A stretch of DNA of 64,000 bases from an uncultured delta proteobacterium (GCA_963760795.1 CAVXEP010000016.1:1-64000); one strand, 5' to 3'; positions 50,305 through 61,773 are shown, counted from the stretch's first letter. The notes: a model not told the origin generated them from the sequence alone. Program-made: numbers and translations.

Positions 50305-50546
50305 TCGAAGAGACCGGCGTATTTTACCACAGGAGGCACAAAAGCACAGCCGCGTCGGAAGCGGAAGTTAGTCTGCAATGCATGCAGAGGGTACAAAGTT
50401 GGGGCTTTGGGGCGGGTTTAAGCTTGCCTTCGGCGTTGCTCCGTTCACGGTGGCGAGTTCTACGTGATCATCGACACCGAAGCCGGAATGATGGTAAGTT
50501 TCGTGCGCAGTTAGTGACATTCAGCGAATCACAGAGGAGTAAGATT

Positions 50547-51803
50547 ATGACCCAATATATCTTGACGTTAATTTTTGGAGTCTATCTGCTTATGTTGGTG
50601 CCGGTGGCCCATGGCGCGCAGGCGCCGGTGCAGTTGCCGGACGGTGAGGGAAAGCCGCTGGTTCAGGGCATGTGTACCGCCTGCCATGATCTCAACCAGC
50701 TTACGCGCAGCTCCGGTTACACGCGTGACGAGTGGAAGGAACTCGTCGGCACGATGATCAACTTGTCGGGGACGCCGCAACTCGACAGCATCACAAAATA
50801 TCTTGAAACCCATTTCCCGCCGAGTGCGAAGTTCGCTCCGACACTGGTCTCTGGGCCGGTGTCGATAACTTTTCGTGAATGGCAGGTGGCGCAATTGGGC
50901 CAGCGGGCACGCGATCCCGTGGAGGCGCCGGATGGCTCTATCTGGTATTGCGGGCAATATGGCAATCTTGTCGGTCGGCTCAATCGTAAGACCGGGGAGA
51001 TTGTCGAATACACCCTGCCGGAAAAGGCCTTGCCGCACAGCGTGACGCCCGACCGTGACGGCAATATTTGGTACACCGGCAATGGCAACGGCACCATGGG
51101 CAAGCTCGATCCCAAAACCGGCATGATCACCGAATACAAGATGCCCGATCCAGCCGCCAAAGATCCGCACACGGCGGTGTTCGATTCCAAGGGAACGCTC
51201 TGGTTCACCTTGCAAGTGGCGAACATGATTGGCCGGTTGGTGCCGTCGACGGGCGAGATCAAGCTCGTCACCTCGCCGCGGACGAATTCCCGGCCGTATG
51301 GCATCAAAGTCGCCGCTGACGGCGCGCTTTGGGTGTCGTGCAACGGCGCCAATTGTTTGCTCAGGGTCGATCCTGACACCTTGGCAATTCGTGAATTCAA
51401 TTTGCCCGAAAAGACCACAGTGCGCCGGCTCGATATCGCTGCCGATGGAATGATCTGGTACGTCAACTCGAGCCTTGGCCGCCTCGGCCGCTTGGATCCA
51501 AAAAACGGCCAATACAAAGAGTGGGATTCGCCTAGTGGTCCGAGCTCCCATCCCTATGCCATCGCCGTCGTCGACGGTATCGTCTGGTACAATGAATCTG
51601 CCCGGCGTCCCGATGCGCTAGTGCGCTTCGATCCTGCCACCGAAAAATTCCAAAGTTGGGCGATACCTTCCGGAAACATTTACGCCGGTATGCTCCGACA
51701 TATGCGGCCGACCCGCGAGGGCAATCTGTTGATCCACCAGACCAGCACGAATCGCATCTATGAGGTGAATCTGAAACCCGGGGCGAAGCGTGTGGCCAAC
51801 TAG
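50547..51803 (+). CDS. Cytochrome c fused to Vgb-like beta-propeller
   Basis: Signal peptide, LPDGEGK..V...CTACH heme motif, repeated P.....DG.IWY....N..GRLDP blades. Confidence 0.85.
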   Translation: MTQYILTLIFGVYLLMLVPVAHGAQAPVQLPDGEGKPLVQGMCTACHDLNQLTRSSGYTRDEWKELVGTMINLSGTPQLDSITKYLETHFPPSAKFAPTLVSGPVSITFREWQVAQLGQRARDPVEAPDGSIWYCGQYGNLVGRLNRKTGEIVEYTLPEKALPHSVTPDRDGNIWYTGNGNGTMGKLDPKTGMITEYKMPDPAAKDPHTAVFDSKGTLWFTLQVANMIGRLVPSTGEIKLVTSPRTNSRPYGIKVAADGALWVSCNGANCLLRVDPDTLAIREFNLPEKTTVRRLDIAADGMIWYVNSSLGRLGRLDPKNGQYKEWDSPSGPSSHPYAIAVVDGIVWYNESARRPDALVRFDPATEKFQSWAIPSGNIYAGMLRHMRPTREGNLLIHQTSTNRIYEVNLKPGAKRVAN

Positions 51804-51871
51804 CGGCTAGTGGGAATAGCGTTGGCGGATGACGGAGAGACGACGAATCGATCTGCGCATTGGATATCGTT

Positions 51872-51955
51872 CCGTCATGCCGGCTCTATCGTCACCCCGG
51901 TGAAGACCGGGGTCCATCGCCTCAACCTGGATACCGTTTTTCAACGGTATGACGG
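51872..51955. repeat. CGTC REP cluster
   Basis: cgtcatgccgg; cgtcaccccggtgaagaccggggtcca; ctggataccgtttttcaacggtatgacgg. Confidence 0.8.
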
Positions 51956-52122
51956 ACACTGTCCGTCACCTGGATGCCGCGTGCGCGGGACTGACGAATA
52001 GAAGGAAAATCGATTTCAATTAGCATATGTGAGATTGTTGGCTCATGAGTCTGATAGATTTATTTTTGGGGTGTTTTCGCGTGAATCTTTAAATTGCACA
52101 CGGCACTTTTTGGGAGTGGATT

Positions 52123-53199
52123 ATGATTATCGACGCCGATGCTCACATCGAAGAATCCGTGGCGATGTTCGAGCGTTTGGACAAGGAGTTTCAGCCCCGC
52201 CGGCCGTTACCGGTTCGACTTGAGCGCGACACGATTTATGGCCGGTACAACGCCGTGTGGCTCATTGACGGCGAGACTTACCCAAAGCTGGTCGGCAAGG
52301 GCGGGACGATTTTTCGCACGCCGACGTTGATGGAGGCGGCGAGCCAGAAGCGCGAATCCATCGGCGCTCAGGAGCTTATCGATGTCCCGGCGCGCATTCG
52401 CGACATGAACAAGGTCAAGATCGACACGCAGGTGGTCTTTCCGAGCTTATTCCTGACGCACACGGCTGAAGATCTAAAGCTGGAAGCGGCGCTGTTGCGC
52501 GCCTACAATTCGTTCCTCGGCGAGTGTGCGACGACGTCGAAAGGGCGCATTCGCTTCGCCGCATTGGTGCCGATTCGCGATGTCGCGGAGTCGATCAAGG
52601 AGATCAAACGCGCCGCCAGGATCGGCGCTGCCGCAGTCATGCTGCAAGGCATGGCGTGGGACAAGCTGCTCGGCGATGAAAGCTTGTTTCCGTTCTATCA
52701 AGTCGCGGCGGATTTGAACTTGCCGGTTTGCGTGCACCTGGGCTGGGGCTGTCCGGCGTTGACCCGCATCTTCGACGCCACGACAAATTTTTATAGCGCT
52801 ATTCTGCCGGTGCTCATGGGCTTCAATAGCATCATGAGCTCGGCGGCTTTCGAGAAGATTGCCAATCTCCGGTTCAGTTTCCTCGAAGCCGGGGCGGCGT
52901 GGCTGCCGTTCATGATCAAGCAAGTGCGGCGCGACAACATGCGGCGCAAGCTGGCCAAGGATCCCATCGAGTATTTCAACACCGGCAGGGTGTTCGTCAG
53001 CGCTGAACCGGACGAAGATCTGACCGGCATCGCGGCTCTTGTTGGCGAAGATTCCTTCGTCCTCGGTTCCGACTATCCCCACGGCGATCCATCGCGCCAG
53101 GAAGATATGGTCGCCGAATTCAGAGAACGCAAGGACCTCTCGCAGACGATGGTCGAAAAGATGCTGTGCGACAATCCCAAACGACTTTACGGATTCTAG
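52123..53199 (+). CDS. Amidohydrolase_2 family protein
   Basis: MIIDADAHIEE, FLEAGAAW, GSDYPHGD, DNPKRLY. Confidence 0.9.
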   Translation: MIIDADAHIEESVAMFERLDKEFQPRRPLPVRLERDTIYGRYNAVWLIDGETYPKLVGKGGTIFRTPTLMEAASQKRESIGAQELIDVPARIRDMNKVKIDTQVVFPSLFLTHTAEDLKLEAALLRAYNSFLGECATTSKGRIRFAALVPIRDVAESIKEIKRAARIGAAAVMLQGMAWDKLLGDESLFPFYQVAADLNLPVCVHLGWGCPALTRIFDATTNFYSAILPVLMGFNSIMSSAAFEKIANLRFSFLEAGAAWLPFMIKQVRRDNMRRKLAKDPIEYFNTGRVFVSAEPDEDLTGIAALVGEDSFVLGSDYPHGDPSRQEDMVAEFRERKDLSQTMVEKMLCDNPKRLYGF

Positions 53200-53346
53200 G
53201 TTATCGGCGAGATTCCGGTTGCTCAGAGTAGTCGACTTCCAACCTTTGATCGAAGTGCGGCGCGAGTTGGGCTGCGCTGAACAACCGTCGGTGATCATTG
53301 GACTCGGCGCGGGAGAAATTCCCGCCTTCACTTGCGTCCCTGCGAG

Positions 53347-54144
53347 TCAGCGGCTGGCAGCGGACGGCATCAAGTTGTTGGCACGCAGGAATTCTATGAC
53401 GAAGGCATCGAAGCCGGCGGGATCTTCGATATTGCAGGCGTGGCCGGTCTTGGGCAGGATTTTGTGCACGGCGCCGGGAATGAGCGACGCGGTTTTCTTG
53501 CCGCCGGCCAGCGAGTTGTCGTATTCGCCGTTGATCACCAGCGTCGGGACTTTCATCGTCGCCAGCCGCGGCGTCATGTCGAGACCGCCGCGGGCGCGAA
53601 AGATTTGTCCAATCGATTCTCCCGACAGCCAGGGATCGCGCTCGACGAAAGTGTTCAACAGATACTTGCCCAGTTTGGTTTCGGGAAATTCCGGCGCGAC
53701 CAGTTCGCGCAAGTGCTGGATATGATATTTCTCGATGCCGACTTTGGTGTAGCCGTGGATGCGCTCGTCGATGGAGCCGCCCGGACCGCTGCTGCCGCCG
53801 ACTAGAATGATGGCTTTGAACATTTCCGGATGATCGAGGCCGAGTAAAATCGCCATGCCCGAGCCGACGCTGACGCCGCCGAGGATCGCTTCTTTGATAT
53901 CGAGGTCGCGGCAAACGCCGAGCACATCGTCAGCCATGTCCTTGAGGCTAAAGGGCGTCTCCGGTTTGTCCGAGCGGCCGTAGCCGCGAATGTCGATGGC
54001 GACGACTTTGAAGTAGGTCGAGAAGTGGGCGATCTGGTACATCCACAGGTTATGATCGAACGGATTGGCATGGACCATGACGAAGGGGAGACCTTCGCCG
54101 GAGACTTCGTAATAGATCTTTAAGCCGTTCGAAGTACTGTACAT
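53347..54144 (-). CDS. Alpha/beta hydrolase (enol-lactonase-like)
   Basis: DIRGYGRS, GVSVG, VINGEYD, TGHACNIE. Confidence 0.88.
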   Translation of the reverse strand: MYSTSNGLKIYYEVSGEGLPFVMVHANPFDHNLWMYQIAHFSTYFKVVAIDIRGYGRSDKPETPFSLKDMADDVLGVCRDLDIKEAILGGVSVGSGMAILLGLDHPEMFKAIILVGGSSGPGGSIDERIHGYTKVGIEKYHIQHLRELVAPEFPETKLGKYLLNTFVERDPWLSGESIGQIFRARGGLDMTPRLATMKVPTLVINGEYDNSLAGGKKTASLIPGAVHKILPKTGHACNIEDPAGFDAFVIEFLRANNLMPSAASR

Positions 54145-54158
54145 GGTCTAATAAATCC

Positions 54159-54269
54159 GTTCAAAACGTTCCAAATCGTTCCAATCGTTCGCTCAGGTGG
54201 CGCTCGTTCAAGACATTCGAATGCGTTTCCGACGGTTGGAACTATTGGAACGATTGGAACGCTTGGAAC
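54159..54269. repeat. Inverted pair of 9-bp GTTCCA-type tandem repeats
   Basis: gttcaaaac gttccaaatc gttccaatc ... ttccgac ggttggaac tattggaac gattggaac gcttggaac. Confidence 0.8.
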
Positions 54270-54276
54270 CGAGCGA

Positions 54277-54981
54277 TTAATTCGCTTTCCTCGGCCGTTC
54301 CTGTTTGATCTTTTCTTTGACTTCGTCGAGCTTCATTACATCGGTGTACTTGTGGTGCATGTCGAACAGATTGACCTTGTGCGACAGCTGGCTGCGGTCG
54401 AAGACGCATTCTTCGACGATCGACACATGATAACCGAGCGAGTAGCCGTCGACGCAGCTGGCGCGCACGCAGCCGCTGGTGCTTTCGCCGCAGACGATCA
54501 GGCTATCGCAGCCCAATTGGGTCAAGTGCGCCACCAACGGCGTGCCGAAGAAACCGCTGGCGCGTTCTTTAAAAATCACCACGTCGCCGGGCTGCGGTTT
54601 GAACTCTTCCTTGATCTCGAAGGCATCGGGATCGATCTTAGCGCGCTGGCGGTTGGTCGCGTTGATCAGGTCGGGCTTGGCTTCTACTCTGGTTTCGCTG
54701 GTGGTGTAGAAAACCGGGATCTTCAAGCTGCGCGCCAGGGCGAACAGCTCCTGAGTCGGTTTGATCGCGTTATGCGCATAGACGCCGCAGGAACTCTTGT
54801 AGGTGTCGATCAATTCGTGGGGCTCTTTGGCGCCGCCTTGATAAGCCAGGTTGTAGAGATCGATGGCCAGCAGCGCCGGTCTTTGGCCGATGAAGGTTTC
54901 GCGATGATAGGGCGTGTAGGTTTTGAGGATTTCCGGTGAGACGATATCTTTCCAGCAATGATCTTCGAAATCGGCAGCCAT
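54277..54981 (-). CDS. Isochorismatase-family cysteine hydrolase (maleamate amidohydrolase-like)
   Basis: PALLAID, K.RASGFFGT.L, GESTSGCVRAS. Confidence 0.88.
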   Translation of the reverse strand: MAADFEDHCWKDIVSPEILKTYTPYHRETFIGQRPALLAIDLYNLAYQGGAKEPHELIDTYKSSCGVYAHNAIKPTQELFALARSLKIPVFYTTSETRVEAKPDLINATNRQRAKIDPDAFEIKEEFKPQPGDVVIFKERASGFFGTPLVAHLTQLGCDSLIVCGESTSGCVRASCVDGYSLGYHVSIVEECVFDRSQLSHKVNLFDMHHKYTDVMKLDEVKEKIKQERPRKAN

Positions 54982-55128
54982 AATGGGCCTCCTAATGATT
55001 TATCGCTTTTCATGTAACTGGAGCGCTGCCGGGTTGTCAAGGAAGCCGGGGCGATTTGCATTGACCGCGCCGGTGCCATTGGTTATACCGGTTGCGGAAA
55101 TCGTCGTGCTAGTTACGGAGGATCGCTC

Positions 55129-56825
55129 ATGAAAGATAGCCAAAAAGTCATCGTTGACCCGGAGACAATTCGTCAAACTGACCGGTGCCACGGCAGCGGG
55201 CGCGCTGTGGGCGCCGCAGTTATTCGCGGCTCAGCCGGGGCGCAAGCGCATCGTCATTCACGGCGAGCGCCAGGTGACCAGCCTCGGTTATCATAACCGG
55301 CGCGAGACCGAGCATGTCTCGATGGTCGATGCCGGTCTGGTGACGCAGAATCCGGTGACACTCGAACGGGTGCCGGTGTTGGCCGAGGAATTGCCGTCGG
55401 TCAAGAAGGGCACCTGGAAGATCGACATGCAGAAGAAGACGATGGTCACGGTCTACAAGCTGCGGCCCAATCTCAAGTGGCATGACGGCAAGCCTTACAC
55501 CTCGAAAGATTTCGAGTTCGGCTGGCAGATCGCCAAGCATCCCGAATTTCCCATGCCGGATCGCCTGGTGCCGGAGATGATCACCAAGATCGAGACCCCC
55601 GACGATCGCACCATCGTGATTCACTGGAACGATCTCTACAATGAAGCCAATGCGATTCAGTACACCCATGTGCGCGCCTTCCCGCGTCACCTGCTGCTCG
55701 ACGCTTTTCAAGGCGGCGACATGAAGGCGTTCGCCAATCTGCCGTACTGGAATAAAAACTTTGTCGGCGCCGGTGCGTTTAAAGTCGTCGAGTGGGATCA
55801 GGGCAGCCGCATGGAGTTGGAAGCCTTCAATGACTTCGTCTTGGGCCGGCCAAAAATCGACCGGATGACTTTCAAAACCGTCGAAGATACCAACACCAAT
55901 TTGGCCGCGGTGCTGGCCGGCGAAGTGGACTTCTGCATGCGCAGCACGATCTCCTTCGACGGCGCGACGATCTTGCGCGAGCAGTGGGAGAAGCAAGGCA
56001 AGGGCAAGGTGCTGACCAGCCCGGCGTCCTGGACCTGGCTCAACCTGAGCCGCGACAATCCCTGGTTCAACGACGTCAGAGTGCGCCGGGCGCTGCTCCA
56101 CGCCATCGACCGCGACACCATGACGCAGAATATTTTTAAAGGCGAACGGATCACCTCGCATTTCCCCATGGGCGCGGGCGCGCAAGAGCTATAAAAAAGC
56201 GCTGGCGTCGGCGACGATCTACAAGCATGACCCGGAGCGGGCGAAGAAACTGCTTGCCGAGGCGGGCTGGAAGCCAGGCGCCGACGGCGTGCTGGTCAAC
56301 GGCAAGGGCGAGCGCATGGAGTTCGAGTTCCGCTGCACCGCGGAGCGGCGCGACCATGAGCAGGCCCAAGCGATCATCGCCGACTACTGGAAAAAAATCG
56401 GCGTGCGCACGGTGATCAAGAACATGCCCAACCGCCTGCTCAATTCGGCGGAGAACCGCAGCCGCTGGCCCGGCGCCTTCATCGGCTCGCATAACGCGAC
56501 GGTGGAGGAGTGGCCGGAACGCTTTCACAGCAAAAACATTCCCAGCGCGGAGAACAAATTCTCACTAGAAAATGTCTCGGGCTGGAACGATCCCAAGAAG
56601 GACGCCATCCTCGACGACATCAATTCGATCATCACAGCCGAACGCTCCGAACAGCTCCAGGTCGAATACTGCAAGATGTTTAGCGAGGCGCTGCCGCACC
56701 TGCCGCTGTTTTTCTCGCCGGAAGTGCTGGTCGTGAAAAAAGGGCTGACCGGAATCACGCCGCGCCAGGAGAGCGGCGGGCAGAATTCGAGCTCGTGGAA
56801 TACGCATACTTGGGATAAGGCTTAA
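55129..56825 (+). CDS. DppA/OppA-family solute-binding protein with Tat signal (+1 frameshifts near 55134 and 56176)
   Basis: TRRQFVK Tat motif, LRPNLKWHDGKP, DVRVRRALLHAIDR, LL.EAGW. Confidence 0.85.
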
Positions 56826-56945
56826 GACAAGGCCGTTCAAGGGTTCAGATGTTCAAGGTGTTCGATGCGAATTCGTTGAACGGTTGACACTTGAACTTTG
56901 AACCGGTCGAGTGCCAGCGTTAACCTGACGCGATCGAAAATATTT

Positions 56946-57919
56946 ATGTTGCTCTACGTTCATTCGCCGGCTATTTCAGACCGTGCCGTTGTTGCTGGTG
57001 ATATCGGCGCTGATTTTTACGTTGTTGTATCTGATGCCGGGGGATCCGCTTTATCGGATGCTCGAAGGCGTTCCCAACTTGCGGCCGCAGGATTTTGACC
57101 GGCTGCGCAAACTCTACGGCTTCGACGATCCGGTTTACCTTCAGTACGGCAAGTGGCTCTGGCAGCTGCTTCAGCTCAATCCCGGCTACTCGCGGGAGTA
57201 TGGCCAGCCGGTGTTCGATATTATTCTGCCGGCGTTGAAAAATACCCTGGTGCTGACCATCGCCGCGGTGGTGCTCGGCAAAATCATCGCCATCGCGTCT
57301 CGGCATCTTTTCCGCGGTGCGGCAGTATTCCATCGGCGACTATATTCTCACCGCGACGACTTTTGTCGCCTATTCGGTGCCGGCGTTTTGGCTGGGGCTG
57401 ATGTTGATTATCCTATTCTCGGTCAAGCTCGGCTGGCTGCCGACCTCCGGTATCGTCAACAGCGAGCTGGCGCCGGGTAGCTGGGCGGCCACGGTGGACT
57501 GGATGAAACATCTGATTTTGCCGGTGGCGGTGTTGGCGATCTCCGAGATCATTCAAGTGCAGCGCTTCATGCGTTCGAGTTTGCTCGAAGTGCTGCGCCA
57601 GGATTATTTGACGACGGCACGCGCCAAAGGATTATCCGAGAGCGTCGTCATCGGCCGCCATGCGCTCAAGAACGCGCTGATTCCAGTGGTGACGATCATC
57701 GCCGTGACCATGCCGCGAGTGGTCGGCGGTTCGACTGTGGTGGAAACCGTGTTCGCCTATCCCGGCATGGGCCGGCTGCTCTATACGTCGATCATGGGTA
57801 ATGACTATGTCGTCGCCATGACCGTGGTGATGATCATCGCCGTGACCGTGGTGTTCTTCAATTTATTGGCGGACGTGGTTTACGGCTGGCTCGACCCGCG
57901 CATCCGCTATCAGAGTTGA
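56946..57919 (+). CDS. DppB/OppB-type ABC permease (+1 frameshifts near 56960 and 57298)
   Basis: YVIRRL, MPGDP, RSSLLEVLRQDY..TARAKGL, LDPRI. Confidence 0.87.
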
Positions 57920-58058
57920 AGGGAAGAGATTTAACCACAAAGAGCACAAAGTTCACAAAAATTGGATTCGGAAATTAGCCGCAAAGAACCCAAAGGGCAC
58001 AAAAAAGGATCGGGACGTAAGGGTGGGTTTTAAAACCAGCCCGTCTCACTGGTGACAA

Positions 58059-58964
58059 GTGACAGTCGAAAGTCCATTGGCAATTGCATTGAATCCCATA
58101 CAAGGCGCCGAGCCGGTGGGCTATTGGCGCGTTGTTTGGCGGCGCTTCAAACAGCACCGGGTTGCCTACGTCGGCTTTTTTTTCTTTGTTACTTTATTAG
58201 TCGCGGTGATCGTCGGTCCCTATCTGGTTCCATTTGAACTCGACCAGGTGTCATTGGCCGAGCGCATGCAGACGCCGTCGGCCCGCCATTGGCTCGGCAC
58301 CGATGAGCTCGGGCGCGACACCTGGGTGCGCATCATGCATGGCGGCCGGGTTTCGCTGACCGTCGGATTGGCGGTGGCGCTGAGTACCGTTCTCATCGGC
58401 GGATTGATCGGCATTCTCGCCGGTTATGTCGGTGGCGCGCTCGACAATGCTTTGATGCGTTTGGTCGATACGATTTACACGATCCCGCGCATCGTCTTGC
58501 TGCTGGTCCTGTCGAAATTAGCCGGGCCTGGCTTGCTCAACATTATCGTCATTCTCGTCGCCCTGGAGTGGACCAATGCGGCGCGCTTGGCGCGCAGCGC
58601 CGTGCTGTCTTTTCGCGAGCAAGAGTTCGTCTTGGCGGCCCAATGCCTCGGCGCATCGCGCTGGCGCGTCATGCTGCGCCACCTGCTGCCCAACGCCCTC
58701 GGTCCGTTGATCGTTTCGGCGACGCTCGACGCCGGCGCGGCGATCCGCGCCGAGACCACGCTGAGCTTTCTCGGCCTCGGTATCCAGCCGCCGACGCCGA
58801 GCTGGGGCAACTTGCTCACCAACGCCGCGACCAATATTTTTATCGCGCCGTTGCAAGTATTCCTGCCCGGGCTGTTTATCTTTTTCGCTCTGATGAGTTT
58901 TAACTTGCTCGGCGACGCCCTGCGCGATGCCCTCGATCCGAAGATGTCGAAGAGTCGGGGATGA
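58059..58964 (+). CDS. DppC/OppC-type ABC permease
   Basis: HWLGTDELGRD, EFVLAA..LGA, HLLPN, GDALRDALDP. Confidence 0.9.
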   Translation: MTVESPLAIALNPIQGAEPVGYWRVVWRRFKQHRVAYVGFFFFVTLLVAVIVGPYLVPFELDQVSLAERMQTPSARHWLGTDELGRDTWVRIMHGGRVSLTVGLAVALSTVLIGGLIGILAGYVGGALDNALMRLVDTIYTIPRIVLLLVLSKLAGPGLLNIIVILVALEWTNAARLARSAVLSFREQEFVLAAQCLGASRWRVMLRHLLPNALGPLIVSATLDAGAAIRAETTLSFLGLGIQPPTPSWGNLLTNAATNIFIAPLQVFLPGLFIFFALMSFNLLGDALRDALDPKMSKSRG

Positions 58965-59051
58965 TGGGTCGAGGATTGACGATCGCGATCCCCGATCGGC
59001 GATTTTCGATTTTCCATCCTCGATCTTCTACCCTCCATCCTCGACCCTGTT

Positions 59052-60330
59052 TTATAACGGTCTGACCGCGTCCCAAGGTTTGATTAGCATTGCCGTGAGA
59101 ATGGTGCCGAGCACCAGCAAGCCACAAAGTCCCCATAGTGTTGCCGCGTAGCTTTGACTGCGGTCGTAGATTGCGCCGGCGACGACCGGGCCGATGACGC
59201 CGCCCCAGGTGTAGAAGAACGCCATGGTGCCGCGGATGGTGGCGAAGTATTTACGGCCGAAGAAGTCGCCGATGGTGGCCCAGACGACGGGAAAGGAGGC
59301 ATCGATGACAGTGAAGAGAATCGTGAATAGCCAAAGCGGCCAGAGTCCGCCGCCCCAGATCAGAAACAGTATTGACCCCGCCGCGGCCAACATGCAGCCG
59401 GCAAGCAGCTTGGGACGATTCATCATATCGGCTAGAGGGCCGATGACGTAGTGGGCGGCCCAGTTCAGAAATGCGAAAGCAGCGAGTAAGTAAGCGCCAT
59501 GTTCCTGGCTCAAACCCTTCCAGACCATGATCGGTATGAAGTGCACACTGATGGTGCTGTAGGCCGCCACGCGCACGGTCATGCCGATGGTGAATAACCA
59601 GAAGACTCTTGGTCTTCATCGCTTGACGCACGCTGGGGTCTTGGTCGGCGGCTTTCTCCTCCGAACCTTTTTCCGACTTGCCGCTGTTGCTTGCCGCCGT
59701 TCGCGGCGCGTCGCCGTCGGGCAGGAGCCCCATGCTTTCGGGCGATGGTCGCACGCCGATGCCGATGGGGATGCCGATAACTAAAAATAGCACTCCCGCG
59801 ATGATGGCGCCCCAACGCCAGCCCCAGTTTTGCACGGCGATGGCGAGTAGCGGCGTCAAGAGCGTGCCGCCGATGGGCACGGCCGAACTGATCACCGTCA
59901 TGGCGCGGGCGCGGTAACGAATAAACCAGGTGTTGCCCACCGCCATGGAAGCGTGGACGAAGCCGGGCGTGAACGACAGCGAGATGACACCGAGATAGAC
60001 GATGAGAAAATTTGTGTAGTTGTCGACCCAGGCGAGCATGATGTATCCCAAGCCGCAGAGGATGGTCGCGACGAGAATAATCGGCCGGGGACCGAAACGG
60101 TCGATGAGATAACCGACGAAGGGACCTTCGAGAGCACCCTCGGCGCGGGCGAGGGAAAATGCCAGCGAGGTCGCGGCGCGGCTCAAGCCCAAATCTTGGC
60201 TGAGCGGTAAAAAGAAAACGGTGAAGCCGTAATTGTGCAGCCCGCCGCCGAGCACTCGCAGCGCCGAGACCAGGCCGACCATGCGCCAACCGATAAAAGT
60301 CTGGGATAAAAATTGCCGAAGAGTTTTCAG
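59052..60330 (-). CDS. MFS transporter (+1 frameshift near 59602; start uncertain)
   Basis: GYLIDRFGPR, WF.R.R..A, PESMGLLPDG, FFGRKYFATIRG. Confidence 0.85.
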
Positions 60331-60480
60331 GGTGATGCCTCGATGTTGCCTAAGCGCTCTGTCGTTTCTCCCAAAAGCGGCGCGGGAAGGCAAGGCAAAT
60401 ATTTTATGACAACGATGCGCAGCACTCAGGTTTGCACCGATGGGAAATATCCGTTAGTTTGAAAATCTACCGTTGGCCCA

Positions 60481-61773
60481 TTGGACACCGCATTGGCATC
60501 ACGCAACCCAAGTACCTCGACAACTGCGAATACGTCAAAGCCGAAAGTCGCTTTCGCGGCGCTCAAGCATAAAGACTACCGCTGGTTTCTTATCGCCACC
60601 ATGCTGGCGATGATGGCCGACAACATCGAGCATGTGATCAGCTACTGGGTCTTGTTCCAAAAGTTTCAGTCGCCGGTGCTCGCCGGGTTCGCCGTCATCA
60701 GCCATTGGACGCCGTTTCTCCTGCTGTCGGTCTATTTCGGCGGCTTGGCCGACCGCTACGACTGCCGCAAGCTGATTCAAATCGCGCAAATCATGTACAT
60801 GGGCGTGACGGTGGTGTGGGCGATCTTGTTTTTGACCGATACGATTCAAATCTGGCACGCCTGCGTTCTTCTCATCATTCACGGCATCGCCGGGGTGTTC
60901 TGGACTCCGGCCGAGATTCTCCTGATTCATGATATCGTTGGCGGCGACGATTTGCCGAGCGCGGTCAGGCTTAACGCCACCGCGCGCCAGCTTGGCATTC
61001 TTTTCGGTCCGGCGGTGGGCGGCGCAATGATGTTATGGTTAGGCGCGCCGGCTGGTCTATTGATCAACGCGCTCATCTACGTGCCGTTTACCGTCTGGTT
61101 GATGCTGGTCCCTTACACTGGACACCTGCGCGAGGGCGCGCCGGCGCGCCGCGGGCTGAGATGGCGCGACGCCTTTGCCGTGCTGCGTGAGGTCGCGCAA
61201 CACCGCTCCATCGTGACGATGATTGTCCTCGGCGGCGCGGCGTCGTTGTTCGTCGGTAATGCGTTCCAAGCGAGCATGCCCGAGTTCGCCCATGATCTCG
61301 GCACCGACAAGGCCGACTTTGCCTACAGCGCACTGCTCGCCGCCAATGCCGCCGGTTCGGTTTTCGGCGGGTTTGTCCTCGACGGCAAGCAATGGGTGCC
61401 GCCGACGGTGAAAGCGGCGATCGGCTGCGCGATTCTTTGGTGCCTAACGATGACGGTGTTCGCTTTTTCCACTAGCTATCCGCTGTCGTTGGCGTTGTTG
61501 TTTATCGCCGGCGCGCTCAATCTGGCTTTCTACTCCATCGCACAGACGATTGTTCAACTAGAAGCGCCGATGCATCTGCGCGGCCGCCTGATCGGTCTGT
61601 TTTCGATGTCGGCCTTCGGTCTGCGCGCTTTTAGCGGTGTCACCGTCGGAGTTATCGGCGGTTTGATCGGCGTGCACTGGTCGCTGGCGCTAAGCTCGCT
61701 GGTATTGCTGGCGGTGACGTTGGTTTTGTTTGCCTTTGCGCAAGAACGTCAGCCGATTGTCGAGCCGGGGTGA
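60481..61773 (+). CDS. MFS transporter (MFS_3-like), tandem copy 1
   Basis: FAALKHKDYR, LADRYDCRK, LRGRLIGL. Confidence 0.9.
   Translation: MDTALASRNPSTSTTANTSKPKVAFAALKHKDYRWFLIATMLAMMADNIEHVISYWVLFQKFQSPVLAGFAVISHWTPFLLLSVYFGGLADRYDCRKLIQIAQIMYMGVTVVWAILFLTDTIQIWHACVLLIIHGIAGVFWTPAEILLIHDIVGGDDLPSAVRLNATARQLGILFGPAVGGAMMLWLGAPAGLLINALIYVPFTVWLMLVPYTGHLREGAPARRGLRWRDAFAVLREVAQHRSIVTMIVLGGAASLFVGNAFQASMPEFAHDLGTDKADFAYSALLAANAAGSVFGGFVLDGKQWVPPTVKAAIGCAILWCLTMTVFAFSTSYPLSLALLFIAGALNLAFYSIAQTIVQLEAPMHLRGRLIGLFSMSAFGLRAFSGVTVGVIGGLIGVHWSLALSSLVLLAVTLVLFAFAQERQPIVEPG

Noticed and set aside
54159-54269. 9-bp repeats as a CRISPR array
   Set aside because: Units are 9 bp and contiguous, with no unique spacers and no cas genes.
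58016-58045. GTAG-type REP or RAYT locus
   Set aside because: Only a single degenerate palindrome is present and there is no RAYT gene.
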